From Candidatus Cloacimonadales bacterium (GTDB lineage: Bacteria; Cloacimonadota; Cloacimonadia; Cloacimonadales; JAIOQZ01), in NCBI GenBank assembly GCA_963662655.2, contig CAXXTU010000002.1, positions 3,584,001 through 3,648,000 of the forward strand: a stretch of DNA of 64,000 bases, in the 5' to 3' direction. Below the pieces are notes generated by a model. That model saw only the letters and a list, made by a program, of their open reading frames with translations, was not told the DNA's origin and did no database searches. Of this stretch, positions 28,906 to 38,815 are shown one piece after another; positions within the stretch are counted from its first letter, which is position 1; each line of letters begins with the position of its first letter. Both the position numbers and the translations under genes were made by a program.

Positions 28906-29337
28906 CTATCTGATTTTCAGCAGTTTCACTTCAAACTTCAGGGTGGAGTTCGGGGGGATGACTCTTCCCGCTCCGCGGCTTCCGTAGGCGAGCTCCGGTT
29001 TGAGAATGAGTATTCGCTTTTCACCTGGTTTCATTCCGGCTACGCCTTGATCCCAGCCCTTGATCACCCGGCCTGCGCCAAGCTTGAAGGAAAAAGGTTC
29101 GTCGCGGTCGACGGAGCTGTCGAACTTGGTCCCGTCCATCAGCCATCCGGTGTAATGGACGTCCACGGTGTCGCCCGGCTTGGCTTCCGCTCCGCTTCCT
29201 TCATCTATAACCAAGTACTTGAGCCCCGTTTCGGTTGTTGTCCAATCTGGTTCCATGTTTTTTGTCTCTCCTTTCGTCGCATTCGCGGAACATGCCGCGA
29301 GAAGCGCAATTGAAATCATGATAATGATAAATCTCAT
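28906..29337 (-). CDS. FKBP-type peptidyl-prolyl isomerase (probable lipoprotein)
   Basis: LLAAC lipobox; VHYTGWL.DGTKFDSS, VIKGWDQG, IPPNSTLKFEV. Confidence 0.93.
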   Translation of the reverse strand: MRFIIIMISIALLAACSANATKGETKNMEPDWTTTETGLKYLVIDEGSGAEAKPGDTVDVHYTGWLMDGTKFDSSVDRDEPFSFKLGAGRVIKGWDQGVAGMKPGEKRILILKPELAYGSRGAGRVIPPNSTLKFEVKLLKIR

Positions 29338-29373
29338 ACTATCTCCAATATATTTTGATGTAGAATAATCAGA

Positions 29374-29781
29374 TCAAACGTGGAATACGGAATTTCCCGC
29401 TTCTTCCTCTTTTTCGTAAAGGTCAGTAAGCCACTTGGCGAAGTTGCGCTGTGACACGCCTTCGAACTCGACGACCAGCAGGCCCATTCCGTGGGGCTTG
29501 TGCCATTTCTGTATCCATTTCACCAGTGCCTTGGCGCGTACGTTTTCCGGCTCATTCGCATGGTTGGTCAGGTCGAAATCCAGTATGACGAGGCTGCCCT
29601 TGGGAAACGGTTGATCGGTTTCCACAAAAATCCCGTGCGGTCCGAAGTTCTGAGCGATGCCTTCCATGTACTCGAACGAAGGCTTATCCAAAGGCTTTCC
29701 ATGCGCAATTCCACTGAAGCGGATATTGACATTGGCTGCAACACGGCGATACTCACGCTTATTCATCTTCATGACTGTCAT
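29374..29781 (-). CDS. PilZ-domain protein
   Basis: KREYRR (RxxxR) and NFGPHGIF (variant of D/NxSxxG), W...GMG. Confidence 0.7.
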   Translation of the reverse strand: MTVMKMNKREYRRVAANVNIRFSGIAHGKPLDKPSFEYMEGIAQNFGPHGIFVETDQPFPKGSLVILDFDLTNHANEPENVRAKALVKWIQKWHKPHGMGLLVVEFEGVSQRNFAKWLTDLYEKEEEAGNSVFHV

Positions 29782-30619
29782 CCTCTGCTGTCTGCTCTAT
29801 GGTTATCATCTGGTCAGGCTCTCCTTCGAGGTAGTCCACGAGGAGCGGTTCTTCAATCCGATGGAGTTTCTTCATTAGCCCGGTTATCCTGACAAGCTGC
29901 TGCTCGACGATTTCGAATTTCCTCTTTTGAGCCTCGTCGCACGCGGTACGCTTGAGGAGATCGAGATTTCCGCTGATGATCATAAGCGGGTTGTTGATCT
30001 CGTGGTTCAGGCTGACAACCGTCGCCGAAATCGCTGCCTTGCGCTCGGCCAGCAGCAGTTGTTTGCGCGTTTCACGAAGCTGGCTGTTCATCTCCATGAT
30101 CTTATGGTTCTGCTTCTTCAGTTGTTCGATCATCCGGTTTCTGGAGATCAAGCCGGCGAGAAGCGAAGTAAGGACTTTCAATCTTGGGAATGTTTCAGGG
30201 GCAAAGGCGTCAATTTTATCGTCCCCGAAATTGATGACGCCAACCAGATCGTTTTCCAGTAGTAGCGGCATGGAAAGGAACGTTCGCAGCGTGTTGGGCT
30301 GGAACAGCTTCTCCTTATGCAGGTTATTGAGGTAAACCATCCTGCGTTCCTTGGCAACCCATGCAGAAAAACCTCTGCCGAATTCGAATTCGACCAGCTT
30401 GATCAGGTCGATCGCCTTGCCTTTTTGCGCAACGAGGTGGATTTTCCTTTCTTCCGAATCGAGCAGGAAGATGGTCGCGTACTGGTGGGGCATAACCTGA
30501 TTGAGCATCTCGAATATTTTCTCATAGATTTCTTCGCGTCGCTCAAACTCGAAATGCTGGACCAGTTCAACCAGATCCAGAAGGATGTCTCGATTCTCTT
30601 TCTTTACAACTTCAGTCAT
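29759..30619 (-). CDS. GAF domain plus HisKA-like (DHp-only) protein
   Basis: GAF (GRGFSAWVAK, LSMPLL...VGVI) and LNHEINNPL; no HATPase domain. Confidence 0.8.
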   Translation of the reverse strand: MTEVVKKENRDILLDLVELVQHFEFERREEIYEKIFEMLNQVMPHQYATIFLLDSEERKIHLVAQKGKAIDLIKLVEFEFGRGFSAWVAKERRMVYLNNLHKEKLFQPNTLRTFLSMPLLLENDLVGVINFGDDKIDAFAPETFPRLKVLTSLLAGLISRNRMIEQLKKQNHKIMEMNSQLRETRKQLLLAERKAAISATVVSLNHEINNPLMIISGNLDLLKRTACDEAQKRKFEIVEQQLVRITGLMKKLHRIEEPLLVDYLEGEPDQMITIEQTAEDDSHEDE

Positions 30620-30767
30620 GATATCTCGTTATCCAATCGATGGATGTATTGCCAAATACGCAATAGTATGGAAAAATCAGCAAGAGGTATTTCTTCTTTT
30701 TTTTCTTTCGAAGCGATTTGATCCGGCTGTACAATATCCTCGGAATGCTGCATGATTTAACCACCGA

Positions 30768-31787
30768 TTACAGGTAAAAGCTCCCCGAATCCTCAAGATA
30801 ACCGGGGATGCTGACCGATAGAATTTCCGTGCGAACGGATGTGATTCCGGGCAGCGATTGTTTGATAGCGCTAAGATGCTTTGTCAATTCTCCGGCAATA
30901 ATGCTGTTCGTAAATCCCAGCGAAATCGCTTTGGTATCATTAATAGAATACAAGCGAATCCGTATTCTGTCCAACATTTTTGAGCGATAATTCATTTGAA
31001 AGACGATGGAATGGTTTTCGCTGTGGAGCGCCTTCTCGATGAGAACTGCCTCAAACACCTTCCCGCTTGGGAAATTCCAGAAATAGAGATGCTTGTCCTT
31101 CACTTTGAGTGCGCGGTTCAAGCACACGAGGGCTTCTTGATACCCGGAAGTTTCCGGCGTCGTCTCTTGTTGATCTGGCATGGAGCCGATTTGCTTGAAA
31201 AGGTATATAAAATCTTCCGAGAGCGTCTGCGGTTCGTCTGACGAGCGTGGTTTGCTTTCACTCGACCGAGTTTGCTTGAGGAGATTCAGGACGATTTGGA
31301 TGTCCTGATCAGACATCTCGTTGAATGCTTCGATCCAGTCGTCGAACTCGATCAAGTCATCTCCCTGCCGTAAAGCGGTGAGTTGAAGAAGGAAGGAGAG
31401 AAGCTTCGTCGGGTCTTTCTTCCGCTTGGGATCCTTCCTGTAGAGCCGATCGAGAACGTACTGATTGAAGATGTTGAGCGGTATTCCCCAGCGCGAAGCG
31501 GAATGGACCATGAATTCCATCGATTCGCCGTCCTGGAGCGAGACGAGGCGGAGATTGATCTTGGGATGAAGGGCTTGCACCTGGATAAAGTGTCGCTTGT
31601 TTTCCAGATTCAGGTGAGACTCGGCAAGAACCTGCTGCCCTTTGATCTGAACGATGTAGCGTCCCTCGCCGAGACCTTCGACAATCTTTGCAGGGAAGAT
31701 ATCGCCCACGCGCATCATCGCCCGAAGCTTCGAAACGTTTGTCCTGGTGAGAGATGATGCTCGCGACGATGAGATGCGACGAATCAT
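30768..31787 (-). CDS. Hypothetical protein, FliK (hook-length control)-like architecture
   Basis: N-terminal VGDIFPAKIVE...IKGQ.V.AES and a C-terminal beta-rich segment resemble FliK-like proteins; weak. Confidence 0.45.
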   Translation of the reverse strand: MIRRISSSRASSLTRTNVSKLRAMMRVGDIFPAKIVEGLGEGRYIVQIKGQQVLAESHLNLENKRHFIQVQALHPKINLRLVSLQDGESMEFMVHSASRWGIPLNIFNQYVLDRLYRKDPKRKKDPTKLLSFLLQLTALRQGDDLIEFDDWIEAFNEMSDQDIQIVLNLLKQTRSSESKPRSSDEPQTLSEDFIYLFKQIGSMPDQQETTPETSGYQEALVCLNRALKVKDKHLYFWNFPSGKVFEAVLIEKALHSENHSIVFQMNYRSKMLDRIRIRLYSINDTKAISLGFTNSIIAGELTKHLSAIKQSLPGITSVRTEILSVSIPGYLEDSGSFYL

Positions 31788-31805
31788 GCTACCGGATGCT
31801 CGTGA

Positions 31806-33521
31806 TTATTCGGTGCCCATTTTCTGGACGAATTCAACTTCTCGGACCGATATCTTCAATTCCTTGGCGATTGCCTCGGCGTCCCAACCGTTTTTAGAAA
31901 GCTTGCGAATCATTTTCTGCATGTATTCTTCATCGCCTATACGGGGTTCGGAGCTATCGGTGTAGAGGGAGGCGTCTGACTGGAATTCGTCGTCGAGGAG
32001 CGATTCCTCTTCGTCGGGCGTGAGGGCCGTTTCTTCTTCCAGAACATTTCGCGGGGATGGCGACACGTAGTCGTGCACCTTCTTGTCGTCACCGAAGTAG
32101 AGGCGTGCTTCCGACCCGAAGGTATCGTCCTCTTCTTCATTCGGTTCCTCATCTTCTTGCTCGAAATCGGGCTCCGGCTCCTGTTCCTGTCCGATATCGT
32201 CCATGTCCGCTTCCGAATCATCGTCTGTGATGGGTTCTGGAGATTCATCGTTCATGGTGAAGTCCGGATCGGAGTTGTCCGCAGCCTCATCCTGCTCCAT
32301 TTCTTTCTTGATCAGGTCTTCGTGGTAGGAGAAGTCGGCCTGGGTGAAATCATCTTCCTTTGAGCTCGTACGGTTTCGGTAGTAAATCATGAGAAGGAAG
32401 AATACGACAACGCCGAAAAGCAGCATCAGGAGCAGCGCCATCCAGAGTTTCAGTTCGATCTGCATGAATCCGGCGGTCGAGGTGGAATCGGGTGTGTTGC
32501 CCGATTCACTTGCAAGCCCGGCGAAAAGCTTGGCGTTCTCCTGGTCGCCGGTAGCGGCGTAGAGTTCGGCGAGCGCTTTGTATTTTTCGTAGCTGTTCGG
32601 CGATTTGGCCGGAATTTTTGTTAGCAGTGCGATTGCGGTCTTGTAATCCTCCGGATTTTTAGTCACACGCTCAGCGAGGTATTTGTATGCGAGGCCGGCC
32701 ATCATGAGGCGATGGGGATCGTTCTGCGAGCGGTCGACAGCCTGGACGAGAAGAGAATCGATATTGAGATTGATATCGAGCTTGGGCGCTAAAACCGGCG
32801 GCTTTTCCTGTCTTGACTGCTTGCTTTCCTGCGCCGGTTCATTCTTCGGTTTCGCTGCGGTATTTTGATTCGGCTTCTGTGTTTTATTGCCGCCAAGCTC
32901 CGCGATTTCCTTTTGTGCGAGGGAGTATTCGGAAGCGGTGTCTTTAACCATCTGGAAATGCTGGATGGCATCGTTTGTTTTTTTGCGCGATTTTAGGATC
33001 ATTCCCCAGTAGTAGTGGATGCCCGTCATTGTGGGGGCTTGTTTTTCGATGACCTCGTATTGTTCGATTGCCTTTTTGTAGAATCCGGTTTTATAGTAGA
33101 AACGGGCGAAGCTGAGCCGTTCATGGACCTGTCTTGCTTCTTCAACGTTGTAGATGTCCAGGACGATTTTATAGTCGTTTGCCGGAAGGTAGGAGTCCTT
33201 GATCAGCGCGTATCCATCCGTAGCGATATCGATTGTGAGACCATTACCCTTCATGTTGACCTGTATGCGATCGATGACCCGGCTGTCCTGGGTCTGCTGG
33301 GTCATTTGCAGGCGTGATCCCGTGGAGCAATCGGCCAGATGGACGATCACCTGTTTGCCATCGGATTTCCTTTCGATCCGGTAAGTCGGCTTTCGATCGA
33401 ACTTGAGAACGGTTCGGCAGATTTCACCGTAGTCGCCGAAATAAATATCTTCCAGTACTGCCTGTGCCGACAGCGAGATTGCAAGTAGAAACAGTATTGA
33501 AATCAAGTAGATCCTCTTCAT
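31806..33521 (-). CDS. AMIN + TPR membrane-anchored protein with acidic cytoplasmic tail and C-terminal HTH-like motif
   Basis: Signal peptide, AMIN-like RTVLKFD...KIVLDI, TPRs, a TM helix, a D/E-rich stretch and GWDAEAIAKELKISVREVEF. Confidence 0.65.
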   Translation of the reverse strand: MKRIYLISILFLLAISLSAQAVLEDIYFGDYGEICRTVLKFDRKPTYRIERKSDGKQVIVHLADCSTGSRLQMTQQTQDSRVIDRIQVNMKGNGLTIDIATDGYALIKDSYLPANDYKIVLDIYNVEEARQVHERLSFARFYYKTGFYKKAIEQYEVIEKQAPTMTGIHYYWGMILKSRKKTNDAIQHFQMVKDTASEYSLAQKEIAELGGNKTQKPNQNTAAKPKNEPAQESKQSRQEKPPVLAPKLDINLNIDSLLVQAVDRSQNDPHRLMMAGLAYKYLAERVTKNPEDYKTAIALLTKIPAKSPNSYEKYKALAELYAATGDQENAKLFAGLASESGNTPDSTSTAGFMQIELKLWMALLLMLLFGVVVFFLLMIYYRNRTSSKEDDFTQADFSYHEDLIKKEMEQDEAADNSDPDFTMNDESPEPITDDDSEADMDDIGQEQEPEPDFEQEDEEPNEEEDDTFGSEARLYFGDDKKVHDYVSPSPRNVLEEETALTPDEEESLLDDEFQSDASLYTDSSEPRIGDEEYMQKMIRKLSKNGWDAEAIAKELKISVREVEFVQKMGTE

Positions 33522-33863
33522 ATTGGTCCTCACATACGGATGAGTTTTTCATGTAAAACATAGTAACATGGCAATTTCCCATACGGTAGTCAATTACCAT
33601 TATCGTTACCATTTTTGTACAAACTGGAAACTATATTCTTACTTCTTTTCTGTCAAGTATTTATCGCCATGTCATGCAAAAAGGGGATTTTGTGCGCGAA
33701 GCGCACGCGCCGCCCCGCCGGGCTGGATTGGCGAGCAATCTCGGGTCGTGCAGGAGTTTACAACAGGGGAAGTAGAGCATTCTATTAGCATCTGCGAAAA
33801 AAAGATTTACAGGATTATCGAGAATCGGTTAGCTAGCCATAGTAATAAACAACGGAGGTAAAC

Positions 33864-34199
33864 ATGGAATTTACGATGGAGAACATTGGAGGCATCACGG
33901 TATTCAAGCTGGAGAAGAAGCTCGATTCGTTGTCTGCGCCCAAGGTGGAGAAAGAGCTGCTGCCGGCAATCAAAGAAACGGGCAAGTACCTCCTGAACAT
34001 GTCCGGGATGACCCACATCAGCAGCGCAGGTTTACGGGTATTGCTGATGGCGGCGAAGAAGGTGAAATCTACCAGCAGTCTGATGATTCTGTGTGAAGTT
34101 CCGGAGACGATCCAGGAAGTTTTCGACATCGCCGGATTCACGGCTCTGTTTGTGATCAAGGACACACAGCAGGAAGCGTTGGCGGAGTTGCAATCGTAA
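33864..34199 (+). CDS. STAS-domain anti-sigma-factor antagonist
   Basis: GGAGG RBS; LDSLSAP, HISSAGLRVLL, EVFDIAGF. Confidence 0.9.
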   Translation: MEFTMENIGGITVFKLEKKLDSLSAPKVEKELLPAIKETGKYLLNMSGMTHISSAGLRVLLMAAKKVKSTSSLMILCEVPETIQEVFDIAGFTALFVIKDTQQEALAELQS

Positions 34200-34253
34200 A
34201 GCGAAGCGCAAGCGGCAATGATGCAGATGAATTAAAAAAAAGTGAGGGATGAA

Positions 34254-35045
34254 ATGAAATCCAAAACAATAGATTTCTACGTGTTTAGCGGAACCGGCAA
34301 CACGCTGTTGGTGGCGAAGGAAATGACTCAATATTTCACGGACAATGGTTTTACCGTGAAACTGATACATCTCGAAAAAGCCGATCCTGGGGCGATCAAC
34401 TTCGGGAACACGATTGGCATCGCCTTCCCGGTAGCAGTACAGGGAACCTACCCGTTTGTGTGGGATTTCATCGAGAAACTGCCTGAAGCTTCCGGCACGG
34501 AGGTTTTCATGGTGGATACGATGGGTGGATTCTCCGGTGGCGTGGTTGGTCCTGTGAAGAAGTTGCTGAAATCCAAAGGTTATACGCCATTGGCAGCCAG
34601 AGAGATCTTAATGCCGTCCAATTTCTTTACCAAACACTCGGAAGCAAAGCAGAAGGAAACGATTCGTAAAGGACTCAAGAGCGCCAGAATCTTCGCGCAC
34701 GATCTGCACTTCGATATCGCGTCCTGGCCTATGACAAAGCCATACGAAGCGATACTGAACAAGGTGAATCGCTCCGAAAAGCCGTGGAAATTCATGCGGA
34801 AGAAAGTGCCGTTGAAAGTCGAGACGAGCAAGTGCATCCAGTGCGGAATATGCTATCGTCTTTGTCCCGCGGACAACATTCGCATGTACGAGTTTCCTGA
34901 ATTCCAGGATCAATGCGTGCTTTGTATGCGCTGCTACAACTACTGCCCGTCCGACGCGATCCAGACGCCTTCCAACATGCGGAAATACAAGGCGGTAGCC
35001 GTTTCCGATCTCCTGAACAACAACAAAAAGGAACAAGAAGAGTAA
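34254..35045 (+). CDS. EFR1-family flavodoxin/ferredoxin fusion
   Basis: FSGTGNT flavodoxin motif; two CxxCxxCxxxCP clusters (CIQCGICYRLCP, CVLCMRCYNYCP). Confidence 0.9.
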   Translation: MKSKTIDFYVFSGTGNTLLVAKEMTQYFTDNGFTVKLIHLEKADPGAINFGNTIGIAFPVAVQGTYPFVWDFIEKLPEASGTEVFMVDTMGGFSGGVVGPVKKLLKSKGYTPLAAREILMPSNFFTKHSEAKQKETIRKGLKSARIFAHDLHFDIASWPMTKPYEAILNKVNRSEKPWKFMRKKVPLKVETSKCIQCGICYRLCPADNIRMYEFPEFQDQCVLCMRCYNYCPSDAIQTPSNMRKYKAVAVSDLLNNNKKEQEE

Positions 35046-35050
35046 TACAG

Positions 35051-38000
35051 ATGAAATATCCGGGTTTTCACGTCTCGCGCGAGGCGAGACTTCGCTACCA
35101 TTTCGAATCGGACCTCTTCTCCCCGCAGGGAAAAGCCGTATTCGGCCAATTGCAGGCGGTTCGCAAAGTTGTTCGACTCATCAACCGGAAGAAAAACGTC
35201 GTCGCTTTCCCGGAAGAAGCCGTTAAAACGGGCCAGCTCAACGGGATGGCCTTGATCGATGAGATCATCGACTACATGCTTCGCCGGTACATCGAGCAGA
35301 ACGGGATCAAGACGATCGAATACGTCGTTGCCGACCTGAGTCGAACGTTCGATGGGGATTTCGTTGATGAAATGCTGGAGCAATACCTTGCCGAGTTCCC
35401 GCCGCAGCCGGTTTTTGACGGAGAAATCAAGACTGACGCCTGGCTGGAACAATTGACGGATGGATTGAGCAACAAGCTCCTTACCATCAAGGAAATCTGC
35501 CGTCTCTGGCTTACGGACTCGAATCAGGCGTTCGACAAATTCAGGGATATATTCGAGCACCGCAACCTCAAGCGTAAGGTCGCGATCGAGAAAATCTACA
35601 GCAAGATGATCGATTCTTTCGAGATGCTGCCGCCATTCGGTCCCGATCACATGAATCTGATGAAAATGCTCCATGAGCCGGCTGAGAAGTTCCCGCACTC
35701 CATCGAGAAACAGCTCGAATACATACGGAATAAATGGGGCGAATTGCTTGGAGAGTATTATTTCCTCCTTCTGCGAGGATTGGACTTCATCAAAGAAGAA
35801 GACAAGGTTCGGATGCACGGACCGGGCGAGAGCGTGGTTTACCGCTTCGCCAGAGGCGAATACACGGAAGAACCCGAACGTTTCTCTCCCGATAAGGATT
35901 GGATGCCGCGACTCGTTCTCCTCGCTAAAACGGTTTACGTGTGGCTCCACCAGCTATCGCGACAGTACAAGCGCGATATCAAACGACTCGACGAGATTCC
36001 CGACGAGGAGCTGAATCGGCTGGCGAGATGGGGATTCACCGGTCTCTGGCTTATCGGCATTTGGAAGCGCAGTCACGCCTCCCGTAAGCTGAAACACTTG
36101 CTGGGCAAGGAAGACGCAATCGCTTCCGCTTACTCCCTTTACGACTACGTTGTAGCGGACGATCTCGGTGGACAGGAAGCGCTGAACAACCTTCGTGAAA
36201 GAGCCATGCAGCGAGGAATTCGCCTTGGGAGCGACATGGTTCCCAATCACATGGGTATCGATTCCAAGTGGGTGATGGAACGCCCCGACTGGTTTGTCCA
36301 GCTCGATTACCCGCCCTTCCCGTCCTATACCTTCAATAGCGAAAACCTGAGCGAGGTCCCCGGTGTGGTCATCCAGGTGGAAGATCATTATTACAGCCGG
36401 ACGGATGCCTCCGTGGTTTTCAAATATTCGGACAGCAACGGATCAAGATTCATCTATCACGGCAACGACGGTACGAACATGCCGTGGAACGACACCGCGC
36501 AGCTCAACTACCTTCTTCCGGAAGTCCGGCAGGCGGTTATCGCCAAGATTATCGATATCGCGAAACAGTTTCCCATAATCCGTTTCGACGCGGCCATGAC
36601 ACTGGCCAAGAAACACTACCAGCGGCTCTGGTTCCCGCAGCCCGGATCGGGCGGGGATATCCCCTCACGCGCGGAATTCGGGATGACGAAGGAAGCGTTC
36701 GACGAAGCGATTCCGGAGGAGTTCTGGCGAGAGGTTGTCGATCGTGCGGCTGTCGAAGCGCCTGACACCTTGTTGCTTGCGGAAGCGTTCTGGTTGATGG
36801 AAGGTTATTTCGTGCGCACGCTGGGCATGCACCGCGTATACAACAGCGCGTTCATGAACATGCTCAAGAACGAGGAGAACGCCAAGTATCGCGAAACCAT
36901 CCGCAACGTGCTGGAATACAATCCCGAGATCCTCAAGCGATTTGTGAACTTCATGAATAACCCGGACGAGGAAACCGCCATCGCACAGTTCGGTATGGAT
37001 GACAAATATTTCGGCGTGTGCGTGGTGATGGTTACCATGCCGGGTCTTCCCATGATTGGCCACGGGCAGGTGGAGGGTTACCACGAACGGTACGGCATGG
37101 AGTATTACCGGCCCATGTGGGAGGAGCAGCCCAACGAGCAATTGATCTACCGCCACGAGCGTGAGATTTTCCCGCTCATGCGGAAAAGGTATCTCTTCTC
37201 CGGCGTGGACAACTTTGTTCTCTACGATTTCCGCGACGGTTACGGCAACACAAACGAGAACGTCTTTGCGTACTCGAACCGTTGCGGCGATGAAAAAGCG
37301 CTGGTGGTTTACAACAACAAGTTTGAAGAAGCTCGCGGCAAGATTCAGCATCCCGCACTCGATACGGATAACCAGCGTGGAGCGCTTGGCGAAAAACTCG
37401 GGCTGTCTCGCGAGAGCCGTCGGTTTTTGATTTTCCGCGATTCCGTAACGGGCTTCCAGTACATTCGTAACAGCCTCGACCTGGTCGAGAACGGTCTATA
37501 TATCGAACTGGGGGCGTTCAAGTATAAGGTGTTCGTCGATTTCTACGAGGTGGAAGACGACTTCTCGCACCGCTACGCCAACCTGAATCAGTACCTGGCC
37601 GGAAGAGGCGTTCCCGATATCAATCAAGCGCTCAAGGAGACTTTCCTGCGACCGCTGCTCGAGCGTTTCGCAGAAGTATTCAACGCGCGGATGCTGATGG
37701 ACATGGCAGAGAGCGAAGGGAAGCCGGAAACAGAGATGTCGGAGTATGTGGCGCAAAAAATCAAGCCGCTGCTCGAACGCATGACGGAACTTACGCATGC
37801 GGATGGCGACATCGACGACATCTGTTGTAAGATCGAGCGTGAAGTTAACCTTGTGTTGCATAAGGGACTTCTTGCAGAACGCCTGGTGGACATGGACGAC
37901 ATCGCTCCGGCAGTGATGGGATTGTTCAAGACGCAGAAGGGCTTCCTGACCATCGCGGGATGGACTCTCGTTCACCGGATAGGGGAGATCGAGAGGGCTT

Positions 38001-38506
38001 TCGGTGCGCCGCTTCGTAGCCGCGCCTTCCTGGAAGAGTGGCTGCTTGATCGCAAGATGTACGACGTCTACCGCGCGCTGGGATTCTCGCATGAAGACGC
38101 CACGCTGACCGTCGAGATCATCCGCATCCTGACCGAGTTCCAGAACTGGTGGCGCGAAAATGGGCGATCGATCTCGGAGACCTTGAACGACTTGCTGGAA
38201 AGCGAGGACATCCGCTCCTGGATACAGGTCAACCGCTACCGCGATATCCTGTGGTACAACAAGGAGATGTTCGAGGACCTCATGGGGTGGCTATTCACCG
38301 TGGGTATCCTGGGAGCCATGAGCGAAGCGGAAGAGGAAATCGAGATCACTCGTATCCTCCAGTCGCAGCACACGACCATCGCCAGATTGCTGCGTGCGAG
38401 CCGCGCTTCCGAGTACCAGCTTGAGAAGCTACGCCGGCAATTTTCGGCACAGAAGAAGATCGTGTCCGGGGCAAAATCGCCTCATGACAAGGACATAGAA
38501 GAATAA
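35051..38506 (+). CDS. GH13 alpha-amylase-family glycoside hydrolase with long N- and C-terminal extensions
   Basis: DMVPNHMG, IRFDAAM (nucleophile Asp), LLAEAFW (acid/base Glu), NNPDE, TMPGLPMIGHGQ. Confidence 0.88.
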   Translation: MKYPGFHVSREARLRYHFESDLFSPQGKAVFGQLQAVRKVVRLINRKKNVVAFPEEAVKTGQLNGMALIDEIIDYMLRRYIEQNGIKTIEYVVADLSRTFDGDFVDEMLEQYLAEFPPQPVFDGEIKTDAWLEQLTDGLSNKLLTIKEICRLWLTDSNQAFDKFRDIFEHRNLKRKVAIEKIYSKMIDSFEMLPPFGPDHMNLMKMLHEPAEKFPHSIEKQLEYIRNKWGELLGEYYFLLLRGLDFIKEEDKVRMHGPGESVVYRFARGEYTEEPERFSPDKDWMPRLVLLAKTVYVWLHQLSRQYKRDIKRLDEIPDEELNRLARWGFTGLWLIGIWKRSHASRKLKHLLGKEDAIASAYSLYDYVVADDLGGQEALNNLRERAMQRGIRLGSDMVPNHMGIDSKWVMERPDWFVQLDYPPFPSYTFNSENLSEVPGVVIQVEDHYYSRTDASVVFKYSDSNGSRFIYHGNDGTNMPWNDTAQLNYLLPEVRQAVIAKIIDIAKQFPIIRFDAAMTLAKKHYQRLWFPQPGSGGDIPSRAEFGMTKEAFDEAIPEEFWREVVDRAAVEAPDTLLLAEAFWLMEGYFVRTLGMHRVYNSAFMNMLKNEENAKYRETIRNVLEYNPEILKRFVNFMNNPDEETAIAQFGMDDKYFGVCVVMVTMPGLPMIGHGQVEGYHERYGMEYYRPMWEEQPNEQLIYRHEREIFPLMRKRYLFSGVDNFVLYDFRDGYGNTNENVFAYSNRCGDEKALVVYNNKFEEARGKIQHPALDTDNQRGALGEKLGLSRESRRFLIFRDSVTGFQYIRNSLDLVENGLYIELGAFKYKVFVDFYEVEDDFSHRYANLNQYLAGRGVPDINQALKETFLRPLLERFAEVFNARMLMDMAESEGKPETEMSEYVAQKIKPLLERMTELTHADGDIDDICCKIEREVNLVLHKGLLAERLVDMDDIAPAVMGLFKTQKGFLTIAGWTLVHRIGEIERAFGAPLRSRAFLEEWLLDRKMYDVYRALGFSHEDATLTVEIIRILTEFQNWWRENGRSISETLNDLLESEDIRSWIQVNRYRDILWYNKEMFEDLMGWLFTVGILGAMSEAEEEIEITRILQSQHTTIARLLRASRASEYQLEKLRRQFSAQKKIVSGAKSPHDKDIEE

Positions 38507-38593
38507 TTGTGGCATAGTGAAAAAAAAGCGCTAGTTTGTTCTTGACAGAAAAATAGCAATGCCGTTTTTATGCGACACTCAAATGTTGATTGT

Positions 38594-38670
38594 GCGCCTG
38601 TAGCTCAATTGGATAGAGCATCTGACTACGGATCAGAAGGTTTGGGATTCGAATTCCTACAGGCGCGCCA
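38594..38670 (+). tRNA. tRNA-Arg(ACG)
   Basis: GCGCCTGTAGCTCAATTGGATAGAGCATCTGACTACGGATCAGAAGGTTTGGGATTCGAATTCCTACAGGCGCGCCA cloverleaf; TTGACA at 38542 upstream. Confidence 0.95.
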
Positions 38671-38767
38671 TTTTTTTTGCCCGAAATCAGTCAACTCCAA
38701 TCCCACTCGATCCCGTTCGTAAATCATCTTGGGTCATGAATCATTGCCTTAAGTGGCTTGAAAAGGG

Positions 38768-38795
38768 AAACGCCAGCGAATGATGGCTGGCGTTT
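38768..38795. terminator. Inverted repeat / probable bidirectional terminator
   Basis: AAACGCCAGC - 8 nt - GCTGGCGTTT between the tRNA and the convergent operon. Confidence 0.6.
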
Positions 38796-38815
38796 ATGTA
38801 ATGATGAATGTATTG

